Counted from the stretch's first letter, positions 1-10,861 are shown. The stretch: 64,000 nucleotides of DNA from Candidatus Bathyarchaeota archaeon (GCA_963733055.1 CAVTBR010000001.1:448001-512000), one strand, 5' to 3'. Notes: generated from the letters alone by a model not told the origin. Translations and numbers: made by a program.

Positions 1-125
1 AATTGAGTAGATGCTACTGGGTTGGTTCGTTGCATTTTCTATAGACGGTAAGATTCTTCTCTGACTGAAAAGTCATAATCACTCGACCTCTCATGAATCC
101 TCACAACGTCTCGGAACGAACAAAC

Positions 126-1061
126 ATGAAAACGGCTGTGATAGGGGCTGGCACCATGGGCCATGGTATTGCTCAAGCGTTCGCTCAAGGCGGGTGGGAG
201 GTCTGGCTTGTTGACCTACGACCTGACATTCTGCAACATGCGCTCATCCAGCTCAAAGCCGATTTACGCCTGTTCCAAGAGCAAGGTCTTCTAACTGTAG
301 CAGAGTCAGAGGTAGTTCTGTCCAGGATCAAAGTCACCGTAAACCCGGAGGAAGCTGTAAGAGACGCCGATTTTGTTACCGAAGCAGTTTCCGAGGACAT
401 GGCCGTAAAGAAAAGAGTCTTCAAGATGCTAGACGAGCAAACCTCGAGAGACGCAATTCTAGCCTCAAATACATCCGGCCTAAACATTTCAGAGATTGCA
501 GCAGCAACACGAACACCCATGAGGGTGGTTGGGACAAATTGGTGGAACCCACCACAAATCATTCCCCTCGTGGAAATAATGAGGGGAGAGAACACTACGG
601 AGGAGACACTGGAACGAACCAGAGCAGTGCTGAAGAGCATTGGGAAGAAACCGATCACCATCCTGAAACCGATTCAAGGATTCGTCGGAAATAGGCTGCA
701 AATGGCACTGTTTCGAGAAGCTATGAGTTTACTAGAGAAAGGAATAGCGAGCATCGAGGATATCGATACGGCTGTGTCGTTCGGTCCCGGCTTCAGATAT
801 CCCGTTCTTGGCCCATTCAGAGTATCTGATTTCGGTGGCTTGGACGTGTTCCATCATTTATCCGAAGAACTGTTCAATGATTTGGATAGATCCAGTGCGC
901 CCCCGAGCATAATGAAACGATTGGTAGAGAATGGCAGAATCGGCGTAAAATCCGGACGAGGATTCTACGATTATACTGGTTCACAAGAGGGCGAACTGAT
1001 TAAAGACAGAGATCGAAGGCTGTTAGAGATACACAAAGCAGTCTTGCAAGGCGAAAAATAG
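126..1061 (+). CDS. 3-hydroxyacyl-CoA dehydrogenase family NAD-dependent oxidoreductase
   Basis: GAGTMG Rossmann motif, EAVSE, ASNTSGL, GFVGNRLQ, GVKSGRGFYDY. The ATG at 126 (MKTAVIG) fits the family better than the ORF-track start at 93. Confidence 0.9.
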   Translation: MKTAVIGAGTMGHGIAQAFAQGGWEVWLVDLRPDILQHALIQLKADLRLFQEQGLLTVAESEVVLSRIKVTVNPEEAVRDADFVTEAVSEDMAVKKRVFKMLDEQTSRDAILASNTSGLNISEIAAATRTPMRVVGTNWWNPPQIIPLVEIMRGENTTEETLERTRAVLKSIGKKPITILKPIQGFVGNRLQMALFREAMSLLEKGIASIEDIDTAVSFGPGFRYPVLGPFRVSDFGGLDVFHHLSEELFNDLDRSSAPPSIMKRLVENGRIGVKSGRGFYDYTGSQEGELIKDRDRRLLEIHKAVLQGEK

Positions 1062-1083
1062 ACCCGTGTAACTCGGGAGGGTT

Positions 1084-2178
1084 TCAGGTAATCATTCCTC
1101 TGGCAGATATCTTCCATACCGCTTCCAAGTAACCGTTTCTTACACAATAGAACTGGTTGTGTAGGTTAATTGTTGTGCACCCATGCGTCGGTATCAGCTC
1201 AACCTTATCTCCAAGTCTCAATTGCTGACCGTTAGTTTTGTTTTCGAGAAGACAATGCTCCTCGTATAGATGCACCAACTGCGTCCCATCTAGCTTGGCT
1301 CGTGGCAACCCATATTCTTGGCTAATCGCCTTCATCCCGGCATCCACCGTAAACTTACCAGGACCTGGATTACTGATGATCGACGTGAGTAGGGTAACTG
1401 CGCAATCAAATGGCATTCCCATGTTCTTGAATTTCAAATCCATCGTTGCATAAGTCCCTGGATGAATTTCAGTTATGCCAGAATAACCTCCCGCAATATC
1501 GTAAGTGCTTGTTCCTCCAGCGCAGACCCTCTCAACGTGTAATCCGGATTTTTCAAGCAGTTGCTTGGTCTCGACGTCTTTCCCCAGCGCCTCTTGACAG
1601 AGTGCTTTCTTTTGGTTGTAATCATCGATTAGGACGCAGTGTCCTTCGTAACCAAGTATCCCCTTGAAAATCAGACCCGGTTTAGTTCGTATCTCTCTTG
1701 CTAGGTTGACTGCAGGTTGGCCAGGTTGGACCCCGCAGCGGTGCATTCCCACATCGACTTCTACCAGGACGTTGATCTGCACTCCTTCCAACTCGGCGGC
1801 CTTCGATAACTGGTTGACGTTATCTCGGTCGTCTACAAGCACTATCATGTTGCTATGATGGGCCAATCGTGCAAGCCGTAATGTCTTATCCCATCCAACG
1901 ACTTCATTCGTAATGAAAACGTCACTTATTCCAGACTCAACCATGACCTCGGCTTCACTCAGCTTCTGGCATGCAATTCCCTTGGCTCCCGCGGTTATCT
2001 GTTTGTGAGCTATGATCGGGCACTTGTGGGTCTTGATATGCGGTCTCATTCTCGCTTGTTTATCGCGGAAGAAATCTGCCATCTTCTTGATGTTCTGGTC
2101 CAAAATATCCAAGTCTAAAATGAGTGCCGGCGTGTCGAGCTCTTCAACCTTAGTGCCGCGCTCGTTCATCAATGACAC
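1084..2178 (-). CDS. DSD1 / D-threonine aldolase family PLP enzyme (fold type III), paralogue 1
   Basis: LDTPALILD, RPHIKTHK (PLP lysine), HRCGV, GYEGH, GGTST, EEH and C-terminal HGC metal ligands. Confidence 0.9.
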   Translation of the reverse strand: MSLMNERGTKVEELDTPALILDLDILDQNIKKMADFFRDKQARMRPHIKTHKCPIIAHKQITAGAKGIACQKLSEAEVMVESGISDVFITNEVVGWDKTLRLARLAHHSNMIVLVDDRDNVNQLSKAAELEGVQINVLVEVDVGMHRCGVQPGQPAVNLAREIRTKPGLIFKGILGYEGHCVLIDDYNQKKALCQEALGKDVETKQLLEKSGLHVERVCAGGTSTYDIAGGYSGITEIHPGTYATMDLKFKNMGMPFDCAVTLLTSIISNPGPGKFTVDAGMKAISQEYGLPRAKLDGTQLVHLYEEHCLLENKTNGQQLRLGDKVELIPTHGCTTINLHNQFYCVRNGYLEAVWKISARGMIT

Positions 2179-2251
2179 ACAGACCTATTTGCGGTTTGGG
2201 CGTCCCAGCATTTTATGTTGATGGGAGAAAACCGACACAGCAACTGAATAG

Positions 2252-3157
2252 CTACTGGAGGCAAATGTCCCCTCTCGAAACGGTAACTGAATACCCTCCA
2301 ACTCTAACGTTGTCTGGTATGCCGTCTTTGAATTTCACCTGAACATACAACCTGCTCGGTCGCTCAATTTCAAACCCTTGCTCTATCGAAAAATCGTGCA
2401 GGATTTCTTTTGGCAATAGACTATAGACTGCCAGATGGGTTGCTAGTCCTCCAGCCGCGCTTCCGGCAGCTGCATCCTCACCAATTCCGATGCTGGGAAC
2501 GAAGAATCGAAGATGGGCGGAAGCATCACGAGTTACGGTTTCTAGGGTGAATACTCCAACCCCAGTGAGTCCCAACTCATTCTCGATCTTCTTGACCTTG
2601 CTCAGATCGGGTGCCATTTTGGATAGCACGTCCAACTGATTGAGCTGAACGAATAGTTGGGGCAGGCCTGTACTGATGATTTGCGGATTAGAATCTTGAG
2701 AAAGTACCTTTCTGTCTAACTGAAGCGCATCGGTTATCGTCTGAATCTGATTCTCGGTCAGTTTGGCGATAATTCGCGGTTTTCCTTGGTCCATAATGAT
2801 CTTAGGTGAACCTCGGCCTCGAACAACCTCGATTGGTAGGACTCCGACTCCTGTTTCATGCTTCAATACAGAGATGTTTTTTTCCGCACTCAGCTCTGAG
2901 ACAAAGATGTGTGCCGCCCCGATGACTGGATGGCCAGCGAATGGAATTTCCTTGATTGGGCTGAATATTCTGAGCGCATAATCGACTTTCCTCTTTGGTG
3001 GAACGATGAAGGAGGTCTCCGGCGTTCCAAACTCCGCTGCAATAGCTTGCATCTCATAATCCGTCAGACCTTTGGCGTCTGGGACGACCGTCAAAGGATT
3101 ACCGGAAAAAATCTTGTCAGTGAAAACGTCCACATGCCGAACCGGAATAACTCTCAT
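2252..3157 (-). CDS. PhzF-family isomerase/epimerase (DAP-epimerase fold)
   Basis: VDVFT..FSGNPL, PETSF, RIFSP..EIPFAGHP, EDAAAGSA, IEQG.EI.RPS motifs. Confidence 0.9.
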   Translation of the reverse strand: MRVIPVRHVDVFTDKIFSGNPLTVVPDAKGLTDYEMQAIAAEFGTPETSFIVPPKRKVDYALRIFSPIKEIPFAGHPVIGAAHIFVSELSAEKNISVLKHETGVGVLPIEVVRGRGSPKIIMDQGKPRIIAKLTENQIQTITDALQLDRKVLSQDSNPQIISTGLPQLFVQLNQLDVLSKMAPDLSKVKKIENELGLTGVGVFTLETVTRDASAHLRFFVPSIGIGEDAAAGSAAGGLATHLAVYSLLPKEILHDFSIEQGFEIERPSRLYVQVKFKDGIPDNVRVGGYSVTVSRGDICLQ

Positions 3158-3258
3158 TCGTTACTCGGAACGGCTCGTGAGTACAGACTCTGCCATGAAG
3201 TTTTGCGTGGCCACTATAATTTACTCGCTAGGACTGAACAATCGCGAGAGAGACTAGA

Positions 3259-4812
3259 CTACTCGGGCGGTATCTCTCGGAAGGCGGCACTGATGTCGAT
3301 TCCCTGATGCTTTCTGAACCCTTTAGCCACGTAGTAGAGGACTACGCCAAGCAAGCAGTATCCCAACATGAAAGCCACCGACGCCCCTGTTAGTGGGAAA
3401 CCAAGCTGCGGGTTTAACGCCAAAACTACCGTGTATGCGATTATTCCGAAGCCTGCGATGGCTCCGCAGATCGTTATCCAGGGTATGCCCCCGATCTTGG
3501 CTCGAGTGAATGATGGTGCTTGTTCGAAAATCTGTTTACCGCGCCAAGGCAATATCATGCCGGCTAGCAACGCAGGGACGAATGAAATAGCGGAGCCGAG
3601 GGCCGCGTTGAGAATTATGCTAACGAGTCCGGTGTACAACGTTACCACCAATAACACTTCTCCGGCTATGAAGACTGCAATAGCTGAAATGTAGGGGGTG
3701 GCGAAGGTTGGATGGACGTCAGCAAATTTAGCTGGGGCCACGCGATCGAAAGACCATGCGAAGACCCATCTCGTCACAACTAGTATCGACTGCGGAATCA
3801 CTACTAGCGACCCCGCTACCAAACCAATATCCATAGCCGCGGAAATTGCTGGATTGTGATATACGAAGCCTATGATGCTGTTTAGATATGGTGGGTTAAC
3901 GGGGCTTGCGCTTCCCAGAGTGGTGAGAGAATTTGCGAAATCAAACCCAACCGTGCCGTAGTATAGCAGAACACCGATCGTGAACATTATCCAACTGAAC
4001 ATGACGGCGCCAAGTAAGCCTGTGAAGATACTTTTCTTCAAATCCTTCAGTTCCCCCGCCACCTGGACCGGCCAAATCGTAAGAAGATAGAAACCTAGGA
4101 TGGGGGCAGCTATGATGGTCTGTGTTAAGTCAAATTGCGGGGTAGTGTAACCGGCCTTCTGAGCTGCGGTTATGACGCCCTGGTAATTCATCGTCGGTGA
4201 AACTGCATTCCACATAGAAACGAAAGCGTCATGCCCAACGAGCAGTGCACCAAGCATCACGAAAGGCGAGATTAGCGCTAGAATGATGAGAACAGTCTGA
4301 ACCTTCGTATATCTTCTCAGTGGAATGATCATCATAAGGGTGCAGAGGATTATGATTAGACTATCGACAACAAAGCGAACGGTGAGGGTAGTAAGGACTG
4401 CGGAAGCTGGTCCGTAACCAAGGTCCGTCAAGAAGCTTGGCAGGTATACGCTAGTAACCAGATCAGAGAAAATCGGTAGATTCAACGTAACGATAAAAGT
4501 TGCGAGCCAACTCTGCATGAACCCGACTGCAGGATGGATGATCCTGCTGACGTAGATGTAGTCTCCACCTGAACGGGGCATAGCAAAAGCGAGCTGAGTA
4601 TAAACAATCAGGTACGGCACAAGGACAATTAACAGAAAAAGTAGGCTACCGATGAGATTCGCCTTGGGAAGCGTTGCAGGGAGCGCGTAATAGAACGAGG
4701 TCATGGCCACACCAAGAACCACACCCCCGAACCCGACACCGAAGCTATCCCACCATCCGAGGCTCTTAACGAGCCCAGTCGCGTCCCTAGTGAAGACCTT
4801 AGGCTTACTCAT
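3259..4812 (-). CDS. APC-family amino acid/amine permease
   Basis: About 12 hydrophobic segments, N-terminal FTRDATGLV, MPRSGGDY, FAWSFDR, C-terminal FREIPPE. ATG at 4812 preferred over 4890. Confidence 0.9.
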   Translation of the reverse strand: MSKPKVFTRDATGLVKSLGWWDSFGVGFGGVVLGVAMTSFYYALPATLPKANLIGSLLFLLIVLVPYLIVYTQLAFAMPRSGGDYIYVSRIIHPAVGFMQSWLATFIVTLNLPIFSDLVTSVYLPSFLTDLGYGPASAVLTTLTVRFVVDSLIIILCTLMMIIPLRRYTKVQTVLIILALISPFVMLGALLVGHDAFVSMWNAVSPTMNYQGVITAAQKAGYTTPQFDLTQTIIAAPILGFYLLTIWPVQVAGELKDLKKSIFTGLLGAVMFSWIMFTIGVLLYYGTVGFDFANSLTTLGSASPVNPPYLNSIIGFVYHNPAISAAMDIGLVAGSLVVIPQSILVVTRWVFAWSFDRVAPAKFADVHPTFATPYISAIAVFIAGEVLLVVTLYTGLVSIILNAALGSAISFVPALLAGMILPWRGKQIFEQAPSFTRAKIGGIPWITICGAIAGFGIIAYTVVLALNPQLGFPLTGASVAFMLGYCLLGVVLYYVAKGFRKHQGIDISAAFREIPPE

Positions 4813-5040
4813 AGAAATCCAACACGAAGAACAGACAAACTGACCGTACGCAGTGGCTATAACACTTTGGTCGTTACAACTGTTACCCAAGCCACTACAG
4901 TAATTATTCCTGCAAGAGCTGTAATGGTTCGTCCTCGGGAATTACCGTTATCGAAACAGCGAAAGGTCTGGCACAGAGATTCGTCGAAACGTGGTCGGAG
5001 TAAAGAGAAACATAAGAATGGCTCACGATACAGGTTTCGC

Positions 5041-6142
5041 GTGATACCCTACGAGTGAGATTGGGATCAGGAAGGATGAGATCGATACTCCTGCGCTCTT
5101 GATAGATCTGGATTTGATGGAACGAAACATATCGACTATGGCGGATTTTTTCAGAAATAAAACTGCGAAACTGCGAGCTCATTCCAAAGTCCACAGAGTT
5201 CCGATTATTGCTCACAAACAGATAGAGGCGGGGGCCAAGGGTTTGTGCTGTCAGAAAGTCGCGGAGGCGGAGGTCATGGTTGCGGATGGAATCAAGGACA
5301 TTATTGTTACAAACGAGATAGTCACCCCCTCGAAGATCAAGAGGCTACTCGCACTAACTAGACGCGCAAAAATCTGCGTACCAATCGACAGCCTCGCCAA
5401 CGCGGAGTCCTTGTCTACTGCCGCGCAAAAAGAGGGCGTTGAACTCAATACTCTAGTTGACGTGCACTTAGGTTCCAATCGTTGTGGAGTGGAACCCGGT
5501 GAACCTGCAGCCAAATTGGCAACGGCTGTCAAAAGCCTCAAGGGGCTTAAACTCATAGGTCTCATGGGTTTTGAAGGCCATCTCTCTTGGATAGACCCCC
5601 GTGAAAAAAGGCGGGGTGAAATTGAGAAGACCGAAAGGCTCTTGATAAATTCCAAGAAACTGATCGAGAATGCTGGAATAAGAGTTGAGGAGATATCAAC
5701 CGGCTCTACCGGAACATATGATGTTAGTGGTGCGATACCGGAAATAACCGAAGTGCAAGCCGGCACTTATGTTCTAATGGACGGGGAATACCGCAAACAT
5801 ATACAAGAATTCAGTTGCGCCCTAACGGTGCTCTCAACGGTCGTGAGTAAACCATCCGATCGAAGAATCGTTACTGACGCTGGTCTCATGTCAATAAGTG
5901 TGGCACTTGGAAAACCAGAAGTAACCGGAGTAGGAGTCGAGAATCTCGAAGTCGAAGAGCTTCACGCAGAAAATGCTGTACTGAGAGTCACGGGCCCTAG
6001 CAAGATACAAGTTGAAGACCAGATTGAATTCATACCGTCATATCTTGACGCCACTGTGAATTTTCACAGCAAAATCTACGGTGTGAGAAAAGACCACGTC
6101 GAAACTGTTTGGAGCACACCTGGCAGAGGTACTTCCAACTAG
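5041..6142 (+). CDS. DSD1 / D-threonine aldolase family PLP enzyme, paralogue 2 (5' end disrupted, probable +1 frameshift)
   Basis: RAHSKVH, NRCGV, GFEGH, QAGTY. The conserved N-terminus IGIRKDEIDTPALLID lies upstream of the called start 5099 but after a TGA at 5042. Removing one C from CCC 5047-5049 joins it to GTG 5041 (MIPTSEIG...). Confidence 0.8.
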
Positions 6143-6183
6143 CACTTAGGAAACGGGTTTGTCAAAGGCATTCCGTAAGCGTG

Positions 6184-7030
6184 TCAGAGATTTGGATAGT
6201 TGAGAGGCGCGCCACGTTCGCCAACATCAAATGCGCCCACGTGCGCTCCACCCAAGTTAGCGAAGAAGAGTCTAGTCCCCTTCGGTTCAAACGCGATATT
6301 AGTAGGTTGGTTGAGAAGCTCCCCGCTCGCATCTTCAATGAGGAGTTCAGTATTCTGGTCTGGGTAGGCAACGAAAATTCGATTTGGATAGTAACATGAG
6401 CAGTATAGGTTACCGCTCGCAGCAAACGCTAATCCATCAAGTATGTTACCTGGAAATTGAGCATAGATCTCCGGCGCCCCTGCCTTCCCATCCTTATCGA
6501 TTGGAATTCGCAGAATGTCTGCTGCGGTGGTCTCAATCATGTACACCGCATTATCCTTATGAGACAATGCGAGGCCGTTCGAGAAATGCCAGTTGGTCCC
6601 GATCAGTGATTGCGATTCACGTTTAGTGTTCACGCGTATGAGGCGGCCGCTTGGTTTCCAGTAGTCACCTGAGTCTAGAGAAATAGTAGTTGCCTTCGGG
6701 GTCGAACGCACCATAGTTCGGTATCACCAAAGGGCCGTCGGGTGCTTTGTCGCAGTAGGTGGAAACTTCTCCCTTTTGGTTTACACGAACTACCATATGC
6801 TTGGTTGCGTTACAAACGTACACGTTATGATTCGCATCAACAGCCACACCCGCCAGTACTCCTTCACTCTTCGCCAATTGCTTGAGTTCGAACTTTGGAG
6901 GAGTCATAGCGTAGACTTGGCCGGCAAAACCTCCTGCATACAGGCGTCCGTCAGGACCGAAGTTCAGGCACTCTACGTGATCGACCCCGCTTTGGATTAT
7001 TTCGACCTGATGAATATTGTGACGTGTCAT
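6184..7030 (-). CDS. SMP-30/gluconolactonase family beta-propeller (split by +1 frameshift near 6676)
   Basis: ORFs 6665..7042 and 6184..6714 are N- and C-halves (HVEC..FGPDG, PNYGAFDPEGNYYFS|DSG, FSNGLA, LDGLAF, PTNIAF). Deleting one base near 6676 restores a continuous YFSDSG. Confidence 0.85.
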
Positions 7031-7116
7031 TGTCGGCCGCATTTCCGTAACATGGCTTTGTCCGCATTTGAACCTTTATTATGGGAGGGAACGGAGAAAA
7101 CGAGAGTTGCCTCATC

Positions 7117-8118
7117 TTGACTGTCAAACTTTCTTCCGATTGGAGTTACAAAGGCTTTCGTACGTTAATTCTTGAGAACGAAGATATTCGACTAACGGTC
7201 TTGCCGGACTACGGTGCGAAAATTCTCGAATTCATTGTCAAGAACGCCGATCGGGATCTGCTATATCACAACCCGCGGGTCGAAATTCGGCCACCGGTTT
7301 ATGGTGTGAACGTTGACAATTGGTGGCACGGCGGTATCGATGAATGCATCCCCACCGGGCAACCCTGCAACTACAAAGGGGAAGAATATCCGGTCCTAGG
7401 CGAGGTCTGGTCACTGCCATGGTCCTACGAAGTCGAGAAGAATGTTGAGCAAGAGGTGACCGTGCACTTTTCTCGTAGCACAGTAATCGCCCCTCTCCAC
7501 GTCGAACGGTGGATGACACTGAGGGCGCACAGTCCTGTCTTGGAAATGAGGCACAAGATAACAAATCTCGGTTACTCGGATTTCGAATTCCTGTGGGGAA
7601 TCCACCCGGGCATAGCCATCAACCCTGCGTCAAGGATTGACATCCCTCAATCGAAGGTTCTCATAGACGAATCCTCCCCCAATAATCGACTGGGCGCTCC
7701 AGGCAGCTACTACACTTGGCCAAATGCGAAAACACAAACTGGACAGGAAGTGGACATGCGCCGCGTTCAGCCACCCGAATCAAAGACGATCGATATGCAT
7801 TTTGCAACCGAATTCAATGAAGGATGGCTGGCCGTGACAGATACTGCGGCGAAAGTGGGCTTTGGCTTCGCCTTTCCGAAAGAGATCTTCAGATGTATCT
7901 GGCTGTGGTTAGTCTATGGAGGCTGGCGAGGGCTCTATTGCGCCGCGGTTGAGGCATGGACAGGTTACCCCGGCCGACTGGATTTGGCGGTCAAGAACGG
8001 AACTTGCGCTCAGCTCGGGGCAGGCAAGAGTCTCAACTGCGAAACGCGCCTCGTAGGTTATACTGGTCTGACGAAAGTGGATCGAGTTACGTCTGATGGA
8101 AGAGTCGAAGGATCCTAA
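7117..8118 (+). CDS. Aldose 1-epimerase / galactose mutarotase-like protein (DUF5107-like)
   Basis: LENEDIRLTVLPDYGAKI, GGIDECIP, GEVWSLPW, FLWGIHP, WLWLVYGGW, AVEAW pattern. TTG 7117 preferred. Confidence 0.7.
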   Translation: MTVKLSSDWSYKGFRTLILENEDIRLTVLPDYGAKILEFIVKNADRDLLYHNPRVEIRPPVYGVNVDNWWHGGIDECIPTGQPCNYKGEEYPVLGEVWSLPWSYEVEKNVEQEVTVHFSRSTVIAPLHVERWMTLRAHSPVLEMRHKITNLGYSDFEFLWGIHPGIAINPASRIDIPQSKVLIDESSPNNRLGAPGSYYTWPNAKTQTGQEVDMRRVQPPESKTIDMHFATEFNEGWLAVTDTAAKVGFGFAFPKEIFRCIWLWLVYGGWRGLYCAAVEAWTGYPGRLDLAVKNGTCAQLGAGKSLNCETRLVGYTGLTKVDRVTSDGRVEGS

Positions 8119-8149
8119 CTGTAACCTTGTAAATCTCTGATTTCGCTAG

Positions 8150-9781
8150 ATGATCGAAGTGGATTTGATAATACGGGGCGGCGTAATTGTTGACGGTACT
8201 GGAAGCCCACGTTTCGAAGGCGACGTAGGCATCGATCATGGAAAGATCGTCAGCGTATCAAGAAATAGCAGACTGACGGGCGGAGAACACATTGACGCCG
8301 CCGGCCTAATTGTTTCACCCGGCTTCATCGACATCCATACACATTCAGATTTTCCATTACTTCAGAATACTAAAGCTGAAAGCTACGTGAGGCAGGGCGT
8401 CACAACCTCCGTTCTAGGTGCCTGCGGCAGGTCTTGTGCTCCCGTAAACGATGCCACGAAGGAACTTCTCACGAGGGATATCATCGGCTACGACGCGAGG
8501 TTGCCCATTACCTGGCACAGTTTCCAAGACTATCTAAATGAGTTCGAGAAACGAGGCACCGCTCAGAACATCGCAGCCCTGGTAGCACATAACGCTGTAA
8601 GAATATTCGTGATGGGCTACGAAGCACACCCTCCCTCCAAGAACGAACTTGAAGAGATGAAAGCGCTGGTTGGAGAGAGTATGGAGGCGGGTGCAATCGG
8701 ATTATCGACAGGGCTCGCGTACCCGCCGGGTGGCAATGCAGATACTGGGGAAATAGTGGAGCTCGCAAAGGTTGCGGCGCAATACGGCGGCTTCTATTCC
8801 TCGCACCTCAGGGGAACCGACGGCGATTTCCTCGCAGGGGCCAAGGAGGCGCTACTGATAGGGGAGAAGGCAAAGCTGCCTGTTCACATTGGACACTTCT
8901 GCGGTTTCTTCGGCAACTTCGAAGAGACCCAGCGCGGGCTCAACATGATAACGGATGCACGTAACCGGGGAATGGATGTAACCTGCGACCTCTACCCGTA
9001 CCTCGCCGGAGCAAACCCTCTAATGGCTTTCTTCCCGCCCTCGATCTTCAATCGCCGATGGAGTGAACTTGTCGAGGAATTCCGAAATCCCCCGGCAAGA
9101 AGGAAACTTGCCAAGGAAATTTCTAGTTCAGAGCTTGGGGCCTTCTGGTTAACAAAACCGGAGACACTCAGCCGAATCATGCTCTTCGACCTCTATTCGC
9201 GGTCAAATCAAACATTCAAAGGAAAAACGCTCACTGAGATTGCAAAACTCAAGGGAATGGAACATGTCGAAGCAACATTATCCATTCTGGCGGACGAAGG
9301 AAAAGACATGTTCAACACGGGCGTCATCTGCCAATGGATGGGGGAGCGAGACAATTTCGCAGTATTCAAAGAACCCTTCCACATGGTAGGGTCTGATGGG
9401 ATAGCACTCGCACCCTATGGTGAACTAGCTTCTTTCAAGTTCCACCCAAGGGCATACGGCACATTTCCGAGGGTTATTGCCAGATACGTTAGAGAGAACT
9501 CGGTTCTGACCTTAGAGGAGGCCGTCCGAAAAATGACATCATCGCCCGCCACACGAGTTGGAATACGCGACAGGGGGCAGGTCAGGGAGGGGATGTGGGC
9601 CGATCTTGTGGTTTTCAATTACGATCGCATCGTGGACAGAAGCACCTACGAACAACCCAACTCATACCCTGAAGGAATCGAGTACGTGTTGATCAATGGC
9701 GAAATAGTTGTCCAAAAGGGAGAACACACGGGCAAATTGCCAGGGAAGGTTCTTCGGCATGAAGGTCACATAGGACTCTGA
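8150..9781 (+). CDS. N-acyl-D-amino-acid deacylase (D-aminoacylase) family amidohydrolase
   Basis: PGFIDIHTHSD, QGVTT..LGACG (metal Cys), SHLR, GSDG, HPRAYGTFPR, LEEAVRKMTS. Confidence 0.9.
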   Translation: MIEVDLIIRGGVIVDGTGSPRFEGDVGIDHGKIVSVSRNSRLTGGEHIDAAGLIVSPGFIDIHTHSDFPLLQNTKAESYVRQGVTTSVLGACGRSCAPVNDATKELLTRDIIGYDARLPITWHSFQDYLNEFEKRGTAQNIAALVAHNAVRIFVMGYEAHPPSKNELEEMKALVGESMEAGAIGLSTGLAYPPGGNADTGEIVELAKVAAQYGGFYSSHLRGTDGDFLAGAKEALLIGEKAKLPVHIGHFCGFFGNFEETQRGLNMITDARNRGMDVTCDLYPYLAGANPLMAFFPPSIFNRRWSELVEEFRNPPARRKLAKEISSSELGAFWLTKPETLSRIMLFDLYSRSNQTFKGKTLTEIAKLKGMEHVEATLSILADEGKDMFNTGVICQWMGERDNFAVFKEPFHMVGSDGIALAPYGELASFKFHPRAYGTFPRVIARYVRENSVLTLEEAVRKMTSSPATRVGIRDRGQVREGMWADLVVFNYDRIVDRSTYEQPNSYPEGIEYVLINGEIVVQKGEHTGKLPGKVLRHEGHIGL

Positions 9782-9829
9782 ATCTAGTGCGGTGCGTCGT
9801 GAAGATATCGGATTAACCGCAAACGAATC

Positions 9830-10861
9830 GTGGACAGCATGAAATTCAAGATTAGTTACGATGTAGGTCCAGCGGGAGCGTGGTTTGAGCCCGCGTATAC
9901 TATTGAGCTGGCGAAAAGAGTGGAACAAGCGGGGTTTGACGCCGCTTGGTATGGCGACCACTTCTTACCTTGGTTCCACACTCATGCTCACTCGCCCCAC
10001 GCTTGGGTGTGGCTAACCGCTGCAGCCGCCGCAACCACACGGATTCCGGTTGGAAGCGACATCACAGTTCCCATGTTCAAATACCATCCCTTGATTGTCG
10101 CGCAAGGATTCGCAACCATGGAAAGGCTCTTTCCAGGCCGAGTCTTGTTGGGCGTGGGTACGGGTGAGGCAATCAACGAAGCTCCCTTCGTGAATCGTTG
10201 GCCGACTTGGAAGGAGAGAGCCGATGGTTTGGCCGAAGCAGTTCAGTTAATGAGAAAGTATTGGGCTGAGGCGGATTACTTCAGTTTCGATGGGAAGTAT
10301 TACAGCGTCAAGAACGTGTTCTGTTATGATAAACCGAAAAAGGGAATTCCAATTTACTGGTCCGCTTTCGGCCCAAGATCAGCGAAAATAGGTGGGCGTT
10401 TCGCCGACCACTTAATGACCTCCGGTTCACCGGAAAACATTCGCGACCATGTCTTTCCCACATTCCTTGAGTCCGCAAAACTTGCCGGGAGAAATCCCGA
10501 TAAAATAGAGAATTGCGTCTACCTTGATGGCGGGTATGGGGATCTCAAGAAGCTCGTTTCAAAGTATCGGCTTAGCGCCGGTTCTCTCATCCCTGAGAAT
10601 TTCAACGAGAGGGACCCGCGCAAAATCGAAGCTTCGACGACAAGCTTGACAGATGACTACATACTAGACAAGACTTGCCTATTCTCTTCGCCGGACCAAT
10701 TCATTGAGCTCATTGACAAATACAAGAAAGCAGGAATGAACCACTTTCTGTTCGGCGACTGGGGCTACAACCCACTTCGGACGGTAGAAATGTTCCGGAC
10801 GAAAGTACTACCTTACTTCGGCATTAAGGCGAAGGGACGCAAGCCTCGGCGTTCATCGTAG
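9830..10861 (+). CDS. LLM-class oxidoreductase, F420-dependent glucose-6-phosphate/sugar dehydrogenase-like
   Basis: GFDAAWYGDHFLPW, PHAWVWL, FPGRVLLGVGTGEAINE signature of the FGD-like LLM branch. Confidence 0.8.
   Translation: MDSMKFKISYDVGPAGAWFEPAYTIELAKRVEQAGFDAAWYGDHFLPWFHTHAHSPHAWVWLTAAAAATTRIPVGSDITVPMFKYHPLIVAQGFATMERLFPGRVLLGVGTGEAINEAPFVNRWPTWKERADGLAEAVQLMRKYWAEADYFSFDGKYYSVKNVFCYDKPKKGIPIYWSAFGPRSAKIGGRFADHLMTSGSPENIRDHVFPTFLESAKLAGRNPDKIENCVYLDGGYGDLKKLVSKYRLSAGSLIPENFNERDPRKIEASTTSLTDDYILDKTCLFSSPDQFIELIDKYKKAGMNHFLFGDWGYNPLRTVEMFRTKVLPYFGIKAKGRKPRRSS

Noticed and set aside
2252-3157. Phenazine biosynthesis cluster
   Set aside because: PhzF-like gene only; no phzA/B, D, E or G in the window.
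4860-4960. Recurring GTAAC/GTTAC pentamers in island intergenic regions
   Set aside because: Too short and variably spaced to separate from chance by eye.
5018-5044. ATG 5018 in frame with TGA 5042 and the DSD1 gene, suggesting selenocysteine or stop readthrough
   Set aside because: The position is in a non-conserved N-terminal leader, no SECIS is evident, other genes use TGA as stop, and a single extra C after GTG 5041 explains it more simply.
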